A stretch of DNA of 63,996 nt, the filler included. It is 5 parts of 5 records of this genome, joined end to end, with 100 filler letters (N's around TTAATTAATTAA, not from the genome) between each part and the next. Parts side by side here need not be neighbours in the genome. Positions count along the whole stretch, not along the records: positions 6,830 to 38,797 come from DRR378314_1447; 4 more parts are not named here. One strand, given 5' to 3'. Positions 9,901 through 22,836 of the stretch are shown piece after piece (position 1 is the first letter of the stretch; each line of letters begins with the position of its first letter). Below the pieces are notes generated by a model. That model did not search any database. It had not been told where the DNA came from and was given only the letters and a program-made list of their open reading frames with translations. A program made the translations under genes and the position numbers.

Positions 9901-11317
9901 CATGTGCGCAAGATTCACGGAGTCCTCTTGCCCGCTGTTTTCAATGTGCCCCTGCAGCTCGCGCGAGAGGCGCTGCAGCTGTGGCGTCTCCCGCACAAAG
10001 GGAGCATCAGAGACGAAATCGAGAGGCGAGAGCTCCTTGAAACCGGCTGTCAAACGCGCACCGCAGAACACCCGGATTGTAAAGAAAGTTAGTAATGAGG
10101 AACGACTCGGTGCGAAGAGGGAGAAAACAAGAAAAACGCGGACAGAAGACGGCGCATGCGCAGTTGGGCAACCGCCGCCGCAGGGTCCGCCGACGGCCGC
10201 CTGCGCGGCGAGAAGCGCCTCCGGAGGGCCCGCGAGCACCGCGCAGCCGACGAGGAGTACCGCAAGCGGCGCCGAGGGGCACTGGGCGAGCGCCCTCTCC
10301 ACTTCAAGGTGTGGTAAGCACAACTATGCATCTGGTAGACATCGCAGAAAAGCGTATCTTCCGGCGCCACTTTCCCTCCTCGGCGTTTGATAGGAGCCCA
10401 GGCAGCCGCCGCGCGGCGCTTCGTTGACCGCCACGCCTATCCTCGCGCACACGCGCGCACAGTGCACCTGCCAGGCGCGTGCGCCGATGGATGGAGCGAA
10501 AAGAACTTCCGCGCAGAGCAATGCTATGCGAGAAAATGATCAGAGCCTGCCATATAGAAAAAAGCGATATGCTGCATGCTCCACTCGTACAGCACGAGCG
10601 AAGTCCAGCAAAGCACGGACACGGGAGTAGCAGCACGCACTTCGCTACGACAGCGCTGCAGCTGCACTGCACACCACGTGTCGCTCGCTCGCAGCCGCTT
10701 CTGAGTGCCCGCCCCCGCCGCAAGAGCGCGTAGCTCCCGAAGACGCGTGACCTCTCACTTCCTCCACCGCAGTCGCCGTCTCAATCGCATAAGGAACAAG
10801 CTTCATACATCTATTCCAATGTCTTTGTCGTGTACTGATCGTAACATGCACGCCCAGCGGCAGCAAAGACGCTTGCGGCGCCCAACCACGCTGGAGCACC
10901 CGCGGTGCGCCCTCGTGCTGCAGCAAAGAGCGTGCGGAACGTACGCAGACCCGCAACTTTCTTGTTGAACTTCTTGACGATTTTCCTGACCGCCGTGAAA
11001 TTCAGCACCACAAACCACCGCAAGTTGCTAACGAGGTGGCCTGCTTTTTGCCAAGCGATCCTGTCGCCGTGCTGCTCGGGCCCTCCGACTGCCTGCACCT
11101 CGTCGACAAACTGGACGCACGCTGCAAGCTCCTCGTGAAAGAAGCTGCCCGCCCGATCCACTTCTGCGCGCAGCGCGTCGGCAAACGCGGCGACGTGCTG
11201 CTCGCCGCCGCCAGCTTCGACAGCAGCCTTGATAAGCTTCTTCAATTGCTTATAGGAGACATACTTCGTTGCCCATTCGGGAATACGATCACGTGTTAGG
11301 CGCTTGGCAAACTTCAT
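6991..11317 (-). CDS. SPX domain fused to an alkaline-phosphatase-superfamily (type I phosphodiesterase/nucleotide pyrophosphatase) domain
   Basis: Exons 11317-10945, 10046-9863, 9310-9107, 8466-8337 and 7861-7328 are all GT-AG with phases 1,2,2,0 and give 475 aa. A tentative last exon is 7077-6991. SPX motifs: MKFAKRL..IPEW..KYVSYKQLKKLIK and LNFTAVRKIVKKFNKK. Phosphatase motifs: LLALDGMRPD, SAPSWTSIFTG, EVDIAGH, TTDHGG, GVHG. Confidence 0.85.
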
Positions 11318-11909
11318 TGCAGCGGTGGAAACGCAACGCGCAGGAAGGCTGGCGCCTGAGGGCTGGCGGGAAGCGGAGAGCCGGCGGTCTCCAGCGGCGA
11401 AATCGTGCCTGCCGCGCGCGCGCGTGGCGGCGCGGCGGCCCGCGTGGTGGCAGACCCCCCCTCTCTGTGCGGGCCTCTGCGCGCGCCTGAGGGCGCCGGG
11501 CCCGCTGTGCGCCCCGAGGCTGGTCAGGCTTGCCGACTCCTCCTTCGGCGCGCCCACTGTGTCATTGCATCGCGTCTCGAATTGCCTGGTATGAATAAAC
11601 TGAACACTGTCTTGAGCCATAGTGCGAAAGCGAGTGCAAGCGCGTCACCCCGCCGTGGCAAGCTCTTGCGGCGGGCGGAGGGAACGCCGGAGGCCGCGCG
11701 AACCGGCAGTGCCGAGGCCTACGGCACGCGAAGAAGCACAGGACGCAGGCCCCGAGTTAAAAGTGCGAGCGTGATACAGTGCCTCGCCCATTACGACTCC
11801 CCTATAGTACATATATTGCCTTGCCTTTACAATACGTGCATAAGAGCATAGATCGTTGACGTCCGCGGCTGCACAGGATTGCGATTTCTACCAATTCCGC
11901 GCGTCTGCT

Positions 11910-14900
11910 TCACTGCGAGGCGGCGGGCCTTCCGTTGGGAGGAGGGCTGGTCGCCGCGCCCGACGTAGCACTGCGCGAACCGCTACGCATCTCGTGCACG
12001 CGCTTCTCTGCAACTTCCCGGAACCTCTCACGATAATCCGGAAAATCATGCAGCACTTTGTCGAAATCGTTCTTTGACAGTATGAACAGGTCGCAGTACG
12101 TCAGCGATCGCACGGTCGCTGTCCGCGGTGTTTGCATGATCAGCGCAACCTCGCCAAAAAAGGAGCCTTCGCGGAGAACTGTGTGAACCTCCTCCCGCCC
12201 GGACGGCCGTTCGCGAACAACCTCCACCGATCCTGTCGGGCACGCAAGTGAGAAACTGGTAAGATAGTGATTCATTCCTCTGGTTGAGCAGATCGTGCGA
12301 CCGTTGCAAAGTGCAGCAATCTGCGGCCAGCGGTTGTGCGAAGTGCTTCAGCACCCCTTAGGTTAAGCAGCGCAGACAATGGCAAAGCAAGATTGATGTG
12401 CGACACAACAGAAACCGACCTCGATTGATAAAATACACGCGAGTTCCAGGCTCACCGCGACGAAAGATGATTTCTCCAGGTGAAATAACAAAAGGACGTA
12501 GAGCAAGTACAATGCGGTTCAACACGTTTGCGCCGCAGTCGCTGCAATTGGCAAAGCGCAGAGAGGAACGTGAGTACGATTGCTCAGTGCTGCGCAGTAG
12601 CTGCTGCGCACATCACCATCTCGCGCTCGCGTGAGGTATTGCTTTCCCAGAAATGAACAGCAGCTTTGGTTTTTCAAATAGTACGACAAGTTGGATATAA
12701 CAGTCAGCTGGGCACTTTGTCCGCTGTACAAATACGCACCGGAAGATGGGCACCTTGGACAGGATTTCGCGATTTGTCAGCAGAGCAACTTCGAGTCGCA
12801 AGTATGTTGGTAGATCATCCAGGATGTGGCGTTCATCCATCCCACGGTGGCGAGTCCAAAGATAGTCGTAGTAATTGCGCACCCGTTGTTGGAGAGCAGT
12901 CGGTACCTCACGGTATCGCATGTACTGATTTACTATATCAAGTTTTTGCCTGCAATTTGCAGGCGCAGAGAAAAGTGCGATCCAGACGCGTCGGCATCGT
13001 GATCTTTGCGCGCGAACGCGCGAGCCCCGCCAGCCCGACGCGGACCATTCCCCCGAATAGTATCTTGGTTCAATATCACATCCGTTGTAATGTTACTGAA
13101 GTACTAAAACCGCACAGGGCGTCGCGCAGCCATGATGAGGTACCTGCGTGCGATTTCTCGTGTTTGTTGTGCGCGCATGTGTGCACGGGCGCCCCTTCCG
13201 CTCCCGTTCCCCGCACGAGCGCCTGCTGCAACACTGCACGTACCTGTACGCCGAGGAGGCGATTTCGAGCTGACTGACCAGCGTGGCCATATTACCGATA
13301 ATCAACGCATAAATGAAGTGCCCAGTCAGCATGACGCCAATAGCAAAGACTGTTTCCACAGTCGTGCTCGCTTGAATATCACCGTATCCCACTGTCAGCA
13401 TCGTTCCGAGTGACCTGGAGACCGCGCGCGTTGCCCGCAGAAGAACGAGAGGCACGACGATGCACCGTCAGAATAATGACATTCTTTTATCAAAAAAAAA
13501 GGTGAATCAAGTGAGACAGAAAGCAAGGAAAGAGTTTACAGTTAGGCACTCTCGTATTGCGTTTGCTTCTAATTTTGAGGTAAGCAGTGCATTGCAAGTC
13601 CCCGCAACGATCACCTTGGAGAATGGCGCGCCATTTTTGGCGCATCTGGGGAGTGCGGAGCTGGCCTATGTGAACGAACCAGTACAGCGCTCGAGCGTAG
13701 AACCGCCCGATGTCATCATCCAGCAGGCGACACACTCCTTGGTCGTTGCAAAACGCTGGTATCGCTTCATTACGAGACCCAGTCCACCTTGAAGTAGGAA
13801 GCAATGTACAAGAACGAAGATCGAATTCATCAACGACAAAAGAAAAACGAAAAGAAAATACACAGATCTGGCAACGGATATATTAGCGGCGAGCCCGTTG
13901 CCGCGCAATCTGCGTGTCCGCGTGTCCGGTCGCGGCGCTACCCAAGCCCCAAGCAGCGGACGTCGCCAGCACACTGGAGCTGAATCTACAAGATACATGC
14001 ACGTCTTGCTTCATACATGCATGTCCGCAACGGAGAAATTCAGTGCTTTCCGCGTATGCGCTAAAAGGCGCTGTGGTCCAGAATCCACCTGCGCGAAACG
14101 CAAGCACGCTACTCGTACCCATCTTCTGGAAACCGCTCCAGGTATGCGATATAGAACCAGCCACACGCCACCCAGTGACCAAAGAGTATTATGTACACAA
14201 GAAGTCGACCAAGGCGAATCACGTTCGAGTTCACATTTCGGATAGATTTCTCCCACTGAGCAAACAAGGCGAGTGCAGCCTTGATCCGTAGAACCCGAAA
14301 GAGCTGCATCGGGTAAGCGCGGCAGCGAGCGTACAGAAGGGAGAGAGGAAAACATGCGCGCCCATACGGCTTGAGAAAGTTGAGCACGGTTCGTTCTCCG
14401 CTATGCACCATAGTGGTAAGAAGAAGTGGTGGCATAGATTTCAGACGTCATTCACACCAAAGTCACAATGCGGCGAGCAGCAATGCGCGGATACAAACTG
14501 CGTATGCGGAGCTACTGAAAGGGAAACACTGCTGCAGACAGACGACTTCAACGTTTACGCTGTCATGGTACATCGCCATCAAATAGAATGGAAAATAATT
14601 GTGTTTCTAGCTCTATCCAAAGGTAGACATGCGAAATGTACGCCACCCCAATATTTTGGTGCACACTTTCAGCAGGACAATACAACCAAAAATCCGCGCG
14701 CTTCCACGCGCTGCATCCATTTTCTCAACACCATCAGGTAGTACGTTGCGCTTTCTGAGCAGCGCGAAATCTTATGTTCAGGGCCAACGCTGTTGCAACA
14801 CCCCTTCCTCCTCTGCCGCCCTCATACTTAACGCGCGATTTCGTCACGGAAGAGATGTCCAGCATCATGTAGCCTGATGACTATCCACGACAGCTAGTCA

Positions 14901-16975
14901 ACACAGCAGTTACTCCTACGAAGTCGAGATATATCGTGTACCGAGGGGACTTGTCGTCGCTCCCACACAGCGGTACCTGCAGATATGACGCGCTCCTGTC
15001 CTCGCCAAGGAATCCGAAGACGAGGTCGAGTGGGAGCGTGCTCACGAGATCGAGAAAAAATCCATTCTTCAGATAGTGTGCTGCAACTACACGTGGTCGT
15101 AAAATCACTGCTCCTTGAATTATGAAACCGGTGATAAACTGAAGCCCTGGATATTTTTTATCCGACACGGTTTTGGCATTCCGGACAACGCGAAACGCCC
15201 GCACTGTAAGGAGCAGGGGTAGAGACAGGTATGGAACCCAGCACACACAGGGTCGCTGCCCACAAGCATAAGAGACGCAAAATGAATCATTTTGGTATCC
15301 GGAAGCACATCATCAAGTCATCGTACGCGCTTCATCGTTACTTGCTGCAATAGTCTCCAGCAGAACCCAAAGCTTCCGGCAGCGAAAGTAGTCCGGGCCA
15401 GATCGCACGTTGCTCTTTGAGCTATTGAAGGCCGCAACACGTCGAATAGCCCACGCACAGCGAGACCACAGGCCTACTGTCGATTCCTCAAGAACAAAAG
15501 ATCTCTTGTCTTCGTTCCTGATCACGCGCAACTGCCTCATGCAGAAGCCGTTTGCTTTATCGCGCTTCCCAGATTAGCTGCCGTCGTCCCGTTGCGCAGC
15601 GTTTGCTTCACAACTTTCCGTGCGTACCCATATCAAAGATATACGAGAAAGCAGTAATCACATCGAAAATTTTGATTCCAGCCGGAATATTCTTTGTCAA
15701 AAAGGCAAATGAACGAAACCATTCATCGCTGCGGTTAGGTGATCGAATTGCCGAGTAGTTCCCTCCCTCGCTTTCTCCTCAGTTTCCTTTCTCGCGCCTT
15801 TCCTAACAAGAAACGCCCGTGCGTGGGCACCATTCACACAAGCGTCGGATACGGCATCCCTTGCTTGTTCCCTCGCGCATCATGCGTTCGAAGCGCCCGT
15901 CCTTGAGATGAAAACGGTATTCCAAATAGAAGGACTGCATCCTTTGGCTCTTGTAACCTTCGGTTCTTACCTCGAGGAGAAACGCGATTCGAAACGGCAC
16001 AATGACTGTTACGGCCAGAGAGAGCAGGGCGACCCATGTTCGCCACAGTTGTATCGCGCGCGACGCCGGGTGGCACATGTACCATTGCGGTTGCTCAACG
16101 TCGTCATCTCTTTCCCATGATTTTGTACCAAACACGACCTGTATTCGTGCACAAGCAACCGAAAATGTGTGGTTTGAAACGAACTGCCTCCACATGCAGG
16201 GCGGGCTTAACCCGTCGCCAGATCTGGAGTTGGCCACATCTGTCCATTTGCAGCCGGCGCCAAAGCGAATGAACGCTATGGAGAAAAGCACGTGCAAGCC
16301 AGTCCGCCACATGCCCGAATACTGCATGAGCACTGCGCAAGCTCTTGTACACGCTAGCGATGATAGGATGATGATTATACGGATAGAGAGTTTGAAGTGC
16401 AGATTGCTTTCATGAATGCATTCTTTTGTGGAGTGCAAAGTCAACTTCCAAGCACGTCTCGCCACAATCACGCTAGCATGTTTCCGTGCGGCTTCCACGG
16501 GCGCCGTCCCTGTCAGTGCATTGCGCAACGCCGGGGCTGTACGTATTCTTGTTGCTTGTCTGTACATAATATGTCCTCGATTTTGGAGTTTTAGAGCAGT
16601 ACAAGGAACGGAGTTGTTCCCACTTCCTTGCACTACCATTGTGCCGCAAGTACAGCTACGGTGGGCGGCCGGGAGCCTGCAGCGCTGTACGTCGCTCATC
16701 GGCAGCTTTGGTGTGTGGCTTGGGCATACAAGGTACGTGCTGTGAGAATCTCGCATCCCCATTGGCGGCGCGTTTGTTTGCGCACGAACCTTGTCAAGAC
16801 GATGTCGCTCAAATGATCGCAGCGTCTGAACACGAGAAACAACGGTCTTCCATTTTGCCCGCGGTATGACGCTGGGACTGGCAGCTGCGGAAGGAGTTTC
16901 GGCCACTTCCGCGTTGCTTCCGCCGAAGAGAGAGCGCGATCGCCGCTTCAGTCTGAAGGAACCGAAAACAACCAT
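11910..16975 (-). CDS. Cyclic-nucleotide-gated potassium channel (6TM + C-linker + CNBD)
   Basis: Phase-consistent exons 16975-16790, 16138-15971, 15691-15628, 15146-14977, 14303-14119, 13787-13680, 13414-13244, 12949-12740, 12541-12420, 12232-11910. Motifs: HYLKNGFFLDLVSTLPLD (S3), HWVACGWF (S5), TVGYGD filter, LQQRVRNYYDYLW C-linker, FFGEVAL..PRTATV CNBD. The true start is uncertain and extra 5' exons are possible at ~17100-18400. Confidence 0.92.
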
Positions 16976-18953
16976 TTCTCTGTGAGCGTTGTTGTGTGCG
17001 CACCGAGACCTCGTTTGCCACACTGATCTACAGGTACACCCACAAATTATTAACGCTTTAGAGCTGAGAGAATTAGCCACACTCGTGCGTACCTCAAGAC
17101 GGTACGGAAGTGCAAGGAGCGCTCTGTTGGAGGCCGCCAGAGGTTCCCGTAGCAGGGGTGCGCAGAAAAAGAGAGACAAGCTATGCTCTGCTGACGAGGA
17201 AGGGAAAGGTTAAAAGCACTTGCCTTTCAGCGCTACTTTGGCGGCTCAATCCTGCCATTTTGTTCGCGGAAGGAATATCAGTGCATTGCAAAAAGAACAC
17301 TCACACTCTTCGTTCTACTTCGCATTGCACCGTGTGCGCGGTGCTTTAGCCACCACGTTCTTTTTTCGCTAGTGAGGGCTCATACTGCAGTTTCAAAGAG
17401 GAGACTACCTGCTGCCCACCGAGTGTAGCCAGCCGTGCTCTGGGGCTCTTCCATGAAAACCGGAATCCGCTGTGCGATACACATTGTGTTTGAACGTTCA
17501 TGAAGTCGCAGCTCTGCTGTGCAATCCCATTACAACTCCCACAAGTGTGCCTGCTCTCTCATACTAGCACAATGCCTGCTGGTAGAACATGAGCCACCCT
17601 GGCAAGCACAAAGTCAAAGCTGCTCGGCAGGCGCGAGGTCTGCCAGTCCATTCTGGCGCGGAGCCTTGCAGGTACATCTGCGAGGGATGCGGAAATGTAC
17701 CACGCTTCGCCAAAGCAGTGCACGCGAAAGAATGCTTTGAGACACCCCCCCCTACACGCATCTACTTTTTTCATTCAAATCGCCTTCTGAATCGCTCGAA
17801 ACGGTACCTTTCCGTCCAGGAACTTCGCAGCGTCGGCGAGGAATGCCGATGGACTGGTGGCGGGCGGTCGCGCTGCTCGGCGGAAGGAGTGCCGGGGAGC
17901 TGCCTTTCCTCTGGTGGAGTCATTGTCAACACTCGCTGCCGATGAAGCCGCTCCGTACGTCCCCAGCTGATGTAAGGAACAAACCGACCGTGTGACGATA
18001 GTTAGATACGAGCACATCACCACAGAGGCGCATACCCTTCCGCACACTCTGCTGCGACGGACTCAGTTTCCCTTCACGGCTTTTGAAACTTGCGGCCATG
18101 GGCAGTGTGCAGCGATCATATGGCGAGGATTTTTCTTTCTGGAATACACACTTGCAACAGCATAGAGAAGTATATGAATGGCAAAAATGTCAGGCTGGTG
18201 AGTAGATCATGCGTGCGAGGGGTCTGCGGTCCCGCGCAAGTGGTGCTCGCTCAGTAGCGCCCTGCTGCGCGCGGCCTACCTTTTGACGTGCTACAACGTC
18301 GCGCGCTCCCGCAATGCAAAGCGCCCTTGGACGCTCTCCCCTGCGATCTTTTTGCCTCCTCGATCTCGTTTTCGCGTCAACTTTCAGCGTCGAAATTCAA
18401 TTATTGGAGTGTGTACTTGAGGATGTCTCACCCCACCAGCTCGCACACAGAGCTCCGTAGTGGCAAATCTTCGGCCCTGGCTCGTCAGTGGAACAGTGCG
18501 CCTGGCCCTGCACATGGTCCGCATTGTGAGGCACGCGTGCGGGGAGAACGGAGTACCCCTATAATGTGAGCCTACAACAGAGAATTGCCTCGCGTATTCG
18601 TTCCGCCATGCACGGCACCAGCTTTGTCGTCGAGTAAAGAAACAGTCTGCAGAACGTTTCTAAGGCTCCGGCACCCTCTTTACTTACCGTAGGGGGTCGG
18701 TACACTACAGTGTGTGGTAGAATATCCCGTGACATAGAGCAAACTGGTGTAGCACTGAGAAGGATTTGCTTGCGAGAAAAGTGGATGCTTGGCGCCGCCG
18801 ACAGCAGCACACGCAGGAGCACAAGGCCACGACTGCCTGGCTGCGTGGTATCCACCGTCGCAACTCGCACGGAACGCTACGGTGGACAAGCTAAAGCGAG
18901 CGGAAAGGAAGCGGAAAGTTCATCAATAACCACAAAATCCTCCTATCTATTGA

Positions 18954-21315
18954 ATGACAAGCATTCAAGCAAATGATCTTGAAGTTCCGCTGGTCGGAGG
19001 TGGTGTTTGGGATGCGGCAGTGGACGTGCAGCAACTGTACATAACCGCGAAAGGAGGACCTGAAGCGCGCGCCGGGTGCGTACGGTGTCTATTCCCTGTC
19101 CCCACTTCCCGTCGGCACACTATCATTATTGTTACTACGCGCGACCTGCTTCATACGCGGCAGTTTTCATGAAATCTCTGTGTTCCGTAGTTGTCAGCGA
19201 ACGCCATGAGGACTGCAGCGCGCTTGCAGGGGTGCTTTCTTGCGAGCAGTCCTCGCTCGAAGCTAGCGTGAGGTGAGAGCATTCCCTGTCGAGCCGCGAG
19301 TGTCCTCTTTCTTCTTTTGCTACTTTGCGCACCAGCGCGAGTTTGCATACGCCTGCCGAAAAAAGTAAGAGCTGGTCGCCGCGCATGGTCAATACCAATC
19401 TCCGGGTTTTATTTTTCATCACTCGCGTACCTATTCGTGCTTCATTGCGTCCAGTCCTTTTCTGAAACGATGTGCCTGTGCCGGGTCCTGGCCAGGCACC
19501 GATGGTTCACGAAAGTCTGAGCACGCAGGCAGCACCACACCAAAACTCGTAGTAGACGCTCCGGCCTCGGAAGCATCGACGCTTTACTCCTGCGCTAATT
19601 AATATCGGTGTTTGCATGCCGTTCAATCGTTTACAAACTTGGAATCAGGGCTACGTTTATCGAAGCAGCGCTGAGTCTGGCGAAAATTGCCGTTGGGACA
19701 GGCGTGCTGGCGCTTCCGTACGCATTTGCGAACGGAGGGTTCATCGGCGGTACCGTGTGTGTGTTTGCAGTTGGTCTACTAAATCTCGCGGCGTGCGTCA
19801 TACTCCTGCATACTGCGGTTCGCAACCCTCCGGAGCTTGCTGGCACATCAGGAAGTCTGTACACTGCCATGGCGTACCTCTGTTTCGGAAAAATCGGCGG
19901 TCGTGCTGTGGACGCCGTTTTGCACGTCACGCTCATGGGCGCCGGCTGCGTCTTCCTCATCGTACGTTTCGCGCATTCTTCCCGCTATCTTTCCACCCCA
20001 CATATGGTAATCTTGACGACAAGCGACCGAACGGCGTTGATTTCGCATCAATGTATTGTTCCTTTTCATTTTTCTTTTGATTCGCAATGGGCGGGGCACT
20101 GACAGCAGTGATGAAACGGCGGCTCTTTGTGCATTTGTTCCCTTGGTACTTGCAGTTTGTTGTCGGACAGCTGGGCGAACTCAAGCACGGCGTTCCGCGC
20201 GTTGCATGGCTAGCGCTCAGTGCTCTCGTCGTCGTTCCGCTCCTGGCGACAAGAAGCCTCCGACGGCTCGCTTTTACATCAGCCGCTGGATTGGTTGCTG
20301 TATTTGCTGGATTTATCGCGGCGTACGCTGAAGGCCCCCCGACAAGCGATGCAGTCACCGGGATGCAGGCGTTTGGCTCTGGTTTTTCCGAATGCTACGG
20401 CGTTGTTGCATACTCGTTCGGCATTCCCATGTTCATCTTTAGCATACGCGATGGAATGGCTAAACCAGAACGAGCTAGCCTTGCTGCTTCCGTTTCAATA
20501 ACACTGATCTGTATAATATACACTGTCATTGGTATTTGTGGATACTACATCTTCGGTCCCAAAGTAAAGGATGACGTCATCTCGGAACTCCGCGGCGGCG
20601 CGGTCGGGCAAACCATCCGCGCTTGTATGGTACGATGCCACTCAGACCCATCGAGTGTCCTCTCTCTGAGCTTACTTCCTGATTTGCATCCAATGCTTGT
20701 GTTGTATTAAAAAAACGGTGATTCATAAACTTTGCAGCTTGAGGCGAGTCTGCGCGAGTTGTATCAGCGCCGCTGGGCCGCATTCCCTCTAGGGCGCACG
20801 CTGTGCGATGATGCTTGCATACCAAGTGCCTAGCCATCGCCTCTGTGATGCCACGTTAGAGAAGCGAACAAAGCCTGTCATACTTCAAGTACGCTGTGAT
20901 CAGTCTAACGGTGGGGGGCGCGTATACTGCGGTCCTCGTTTTCGTGTAGGTTGTTGTGCAGCTCTTCGGATACCCGCTTGTGCTGAAGCCCACGGGAGAC
21001 TCTCTGGCTTCGCTGATGGCAAAGTCTCGCGAAAGAGCGCTCGCCTCTGGACGCGCACGTCTGTCTGCCGCTCTACTTGTCGTCGCCGTCAACGCGATTG
21101 TCGCGCTTGTGTATCCGAATTTCGGAATCGTGGTGGCGCTGATCGGATCGTTCTCGCTGTCGCTGCTCACCTTTGTGCTACCTGCCCTGTACGGCCTGTT
21201 TCCCCCGAATCCCGAGAGATCCGCTCGCCGTCGATTTTTCTTGTGGGCATTCGTGGTGTTTGGAGTAGGGACTATGATTTTTACAACGTATCGCACAATT
21301 GCCTCTGTTGCATAG
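18954..21315 (+). CDS. Amino acid transporter, AAAP/Aa_trans family (SLC36/SLC38/AVT-like)
   Basis: Exons 18954-19075, 19649-19961, 20156-20629, 20950-21315, phases 2,0,0. Motifs: KIAVGTGVLALPYAFANGG, RSLRRLAFTS, GICGYYIFG, PNFGIVVALIGS..LTFVLPAL, plus many hydrophobic helices. Confidence 0.92.
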
Positions 21316-21558
21316 CGCGCTTACAGCAGAGCATTTCAAAGGCTTATCTTATTCATATGCAAACCGAGGAATGTATATTACATGATGTTCTCCTTACCGC
21401 CTGTAGGCACGCGCGCCGTCTCGTCTATCGTTGCGCATGCATGCTTGCACGCATATACGCGTGCGCCCTCCATGAATAGGAAAAAAACGCTGCACAATCG
21501 CACACTCGTTCGCGCAATGCAAAGCGCTGCGTCCAGCGCCACACCCGTCTGCGGCGCA

Positions 21559-22633
21559 TCACATGCTCATAAAGCCGAACTCGTCGTTGTTCTCGAGGTA
21601 GCGATACGCAACAAAAGAAAGCGCCAGCACCACACTCCCTCCAATATTCAGAGCCGCCATTCCGGTCGATATCGTCCCCAAGCGCGCAAGCTCGACAGGA
21701 ATTCCTGCGCAAAGCGGGCCATCGTGAAGACAAAGGAGAGCGGTGACGGAGTGCTACAACACAGTGCACAGAAGAATACAACCTCAAGCGAGCCCGCCAA
21801 CGAGGGTAGTGAGCACTAGAACCCGTCCTCCTCTTCTGCTGCCGTACCTACAACAGCCGTAGCCGAAGCGCCGCTCACAAAGAGTCCCCAATACGGAGCG
21901 GGGCGTTGCGTCAACTCGTCGTCGGTCGGAGGACAGAAGCAGGGCGGGAACGCGAGCACAGCCAGTGCAAGGAAGACAAAGGCTGGCTCGCCGGTCCCCT
22001 CGAGAGCGCACGACAGGGACTGCGCACAAGAACGCACAAGCGCACGAAACACACCACACAAACACGCAGCGATGTTCCCATTTTTGAGCCTCGTTTCGGC
22101 CGCACACATGCGCACATAGCTTGTATATGCAGAAATAAAGCCTTGACATTCGCTCGTAGAATAATTTTTTCGTGCGTGTCAGTTCAGGATTCGCGCGTAC
22201 TCGCCCAGGCAATGCAAGCGAAAGACGGAGGCGCTCCGAGGGGAGAAGGAGCGGCAACGACAGAGCGCGCGTCGCGCTGTCTGCAACAGCGACGACGCCG
22301 CACGCGCGAAAACCGACCACCGTACGAGCGCCCTAGGAACTGAAGCACGACAAATACACGTCTAATGCATGATTCCAATCTATTTTAATAGACAATATGC
22401 ACCTTTGTGCGCCTCGTCCCGCGATGCGAACGAGAACTACCGCGTTCCATAAACGTGTGCGTGAACAAACAGCCAGATCGGAACTCTCGCAGCTTGGGCA
22501 GCGCACGCACACAGCTGCCGCAGCGGGACCACTCCAGCCCAGTAATCGCTCGGAAAAAAGATGCAGCGCGTACAATCATCGCCAGTCCTGCGCAGGAGAG
22601 AAATGCCATGGCAATCAGCGTGACGCCTTTCAT
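21559..22633 (-). CDS. VPS55: Vacuolar protein sorting 55 / LEPROT (OB-RGRP) family, ~125 aa, 4 TM
   Basis: Not visible as one ORF in the track. Exons 22633-22574, 22019-21848, 21704-21559 give MKGVTLIAMAFLSCAGLAMI-SLSCALE...YWGLFVSGASATAVV-GIPVELARLGTI...NIGGSVVL...DEFGFMSM*, matching Vps55 length and pattern. Confidence 0.85.
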
Positions 22634-22836
22634 CCTTCTGCACCCCGCTCTTGAAGACGGAGCAGCGGGCGGGCATGCGCGCATAGACGCGCAGGAGCCT
22701 GCAGGCGCACAGGTTCGCGACCTTGAAGGAGTAGACCATTTATTGTCACTTTCAGCATCACCCGCAGGAAAGCGAGCAGGCGCACCGTGCGCGCACTCCT
22801 TCCGCCAAGCAGAAGGCGCGCGTGCCGTGACGCTCT

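Noticed and set aside
15803-17179. 458-aa ORF as a separate gene
   Set aside because: It is two channel exons plus in-frame intron read-through.
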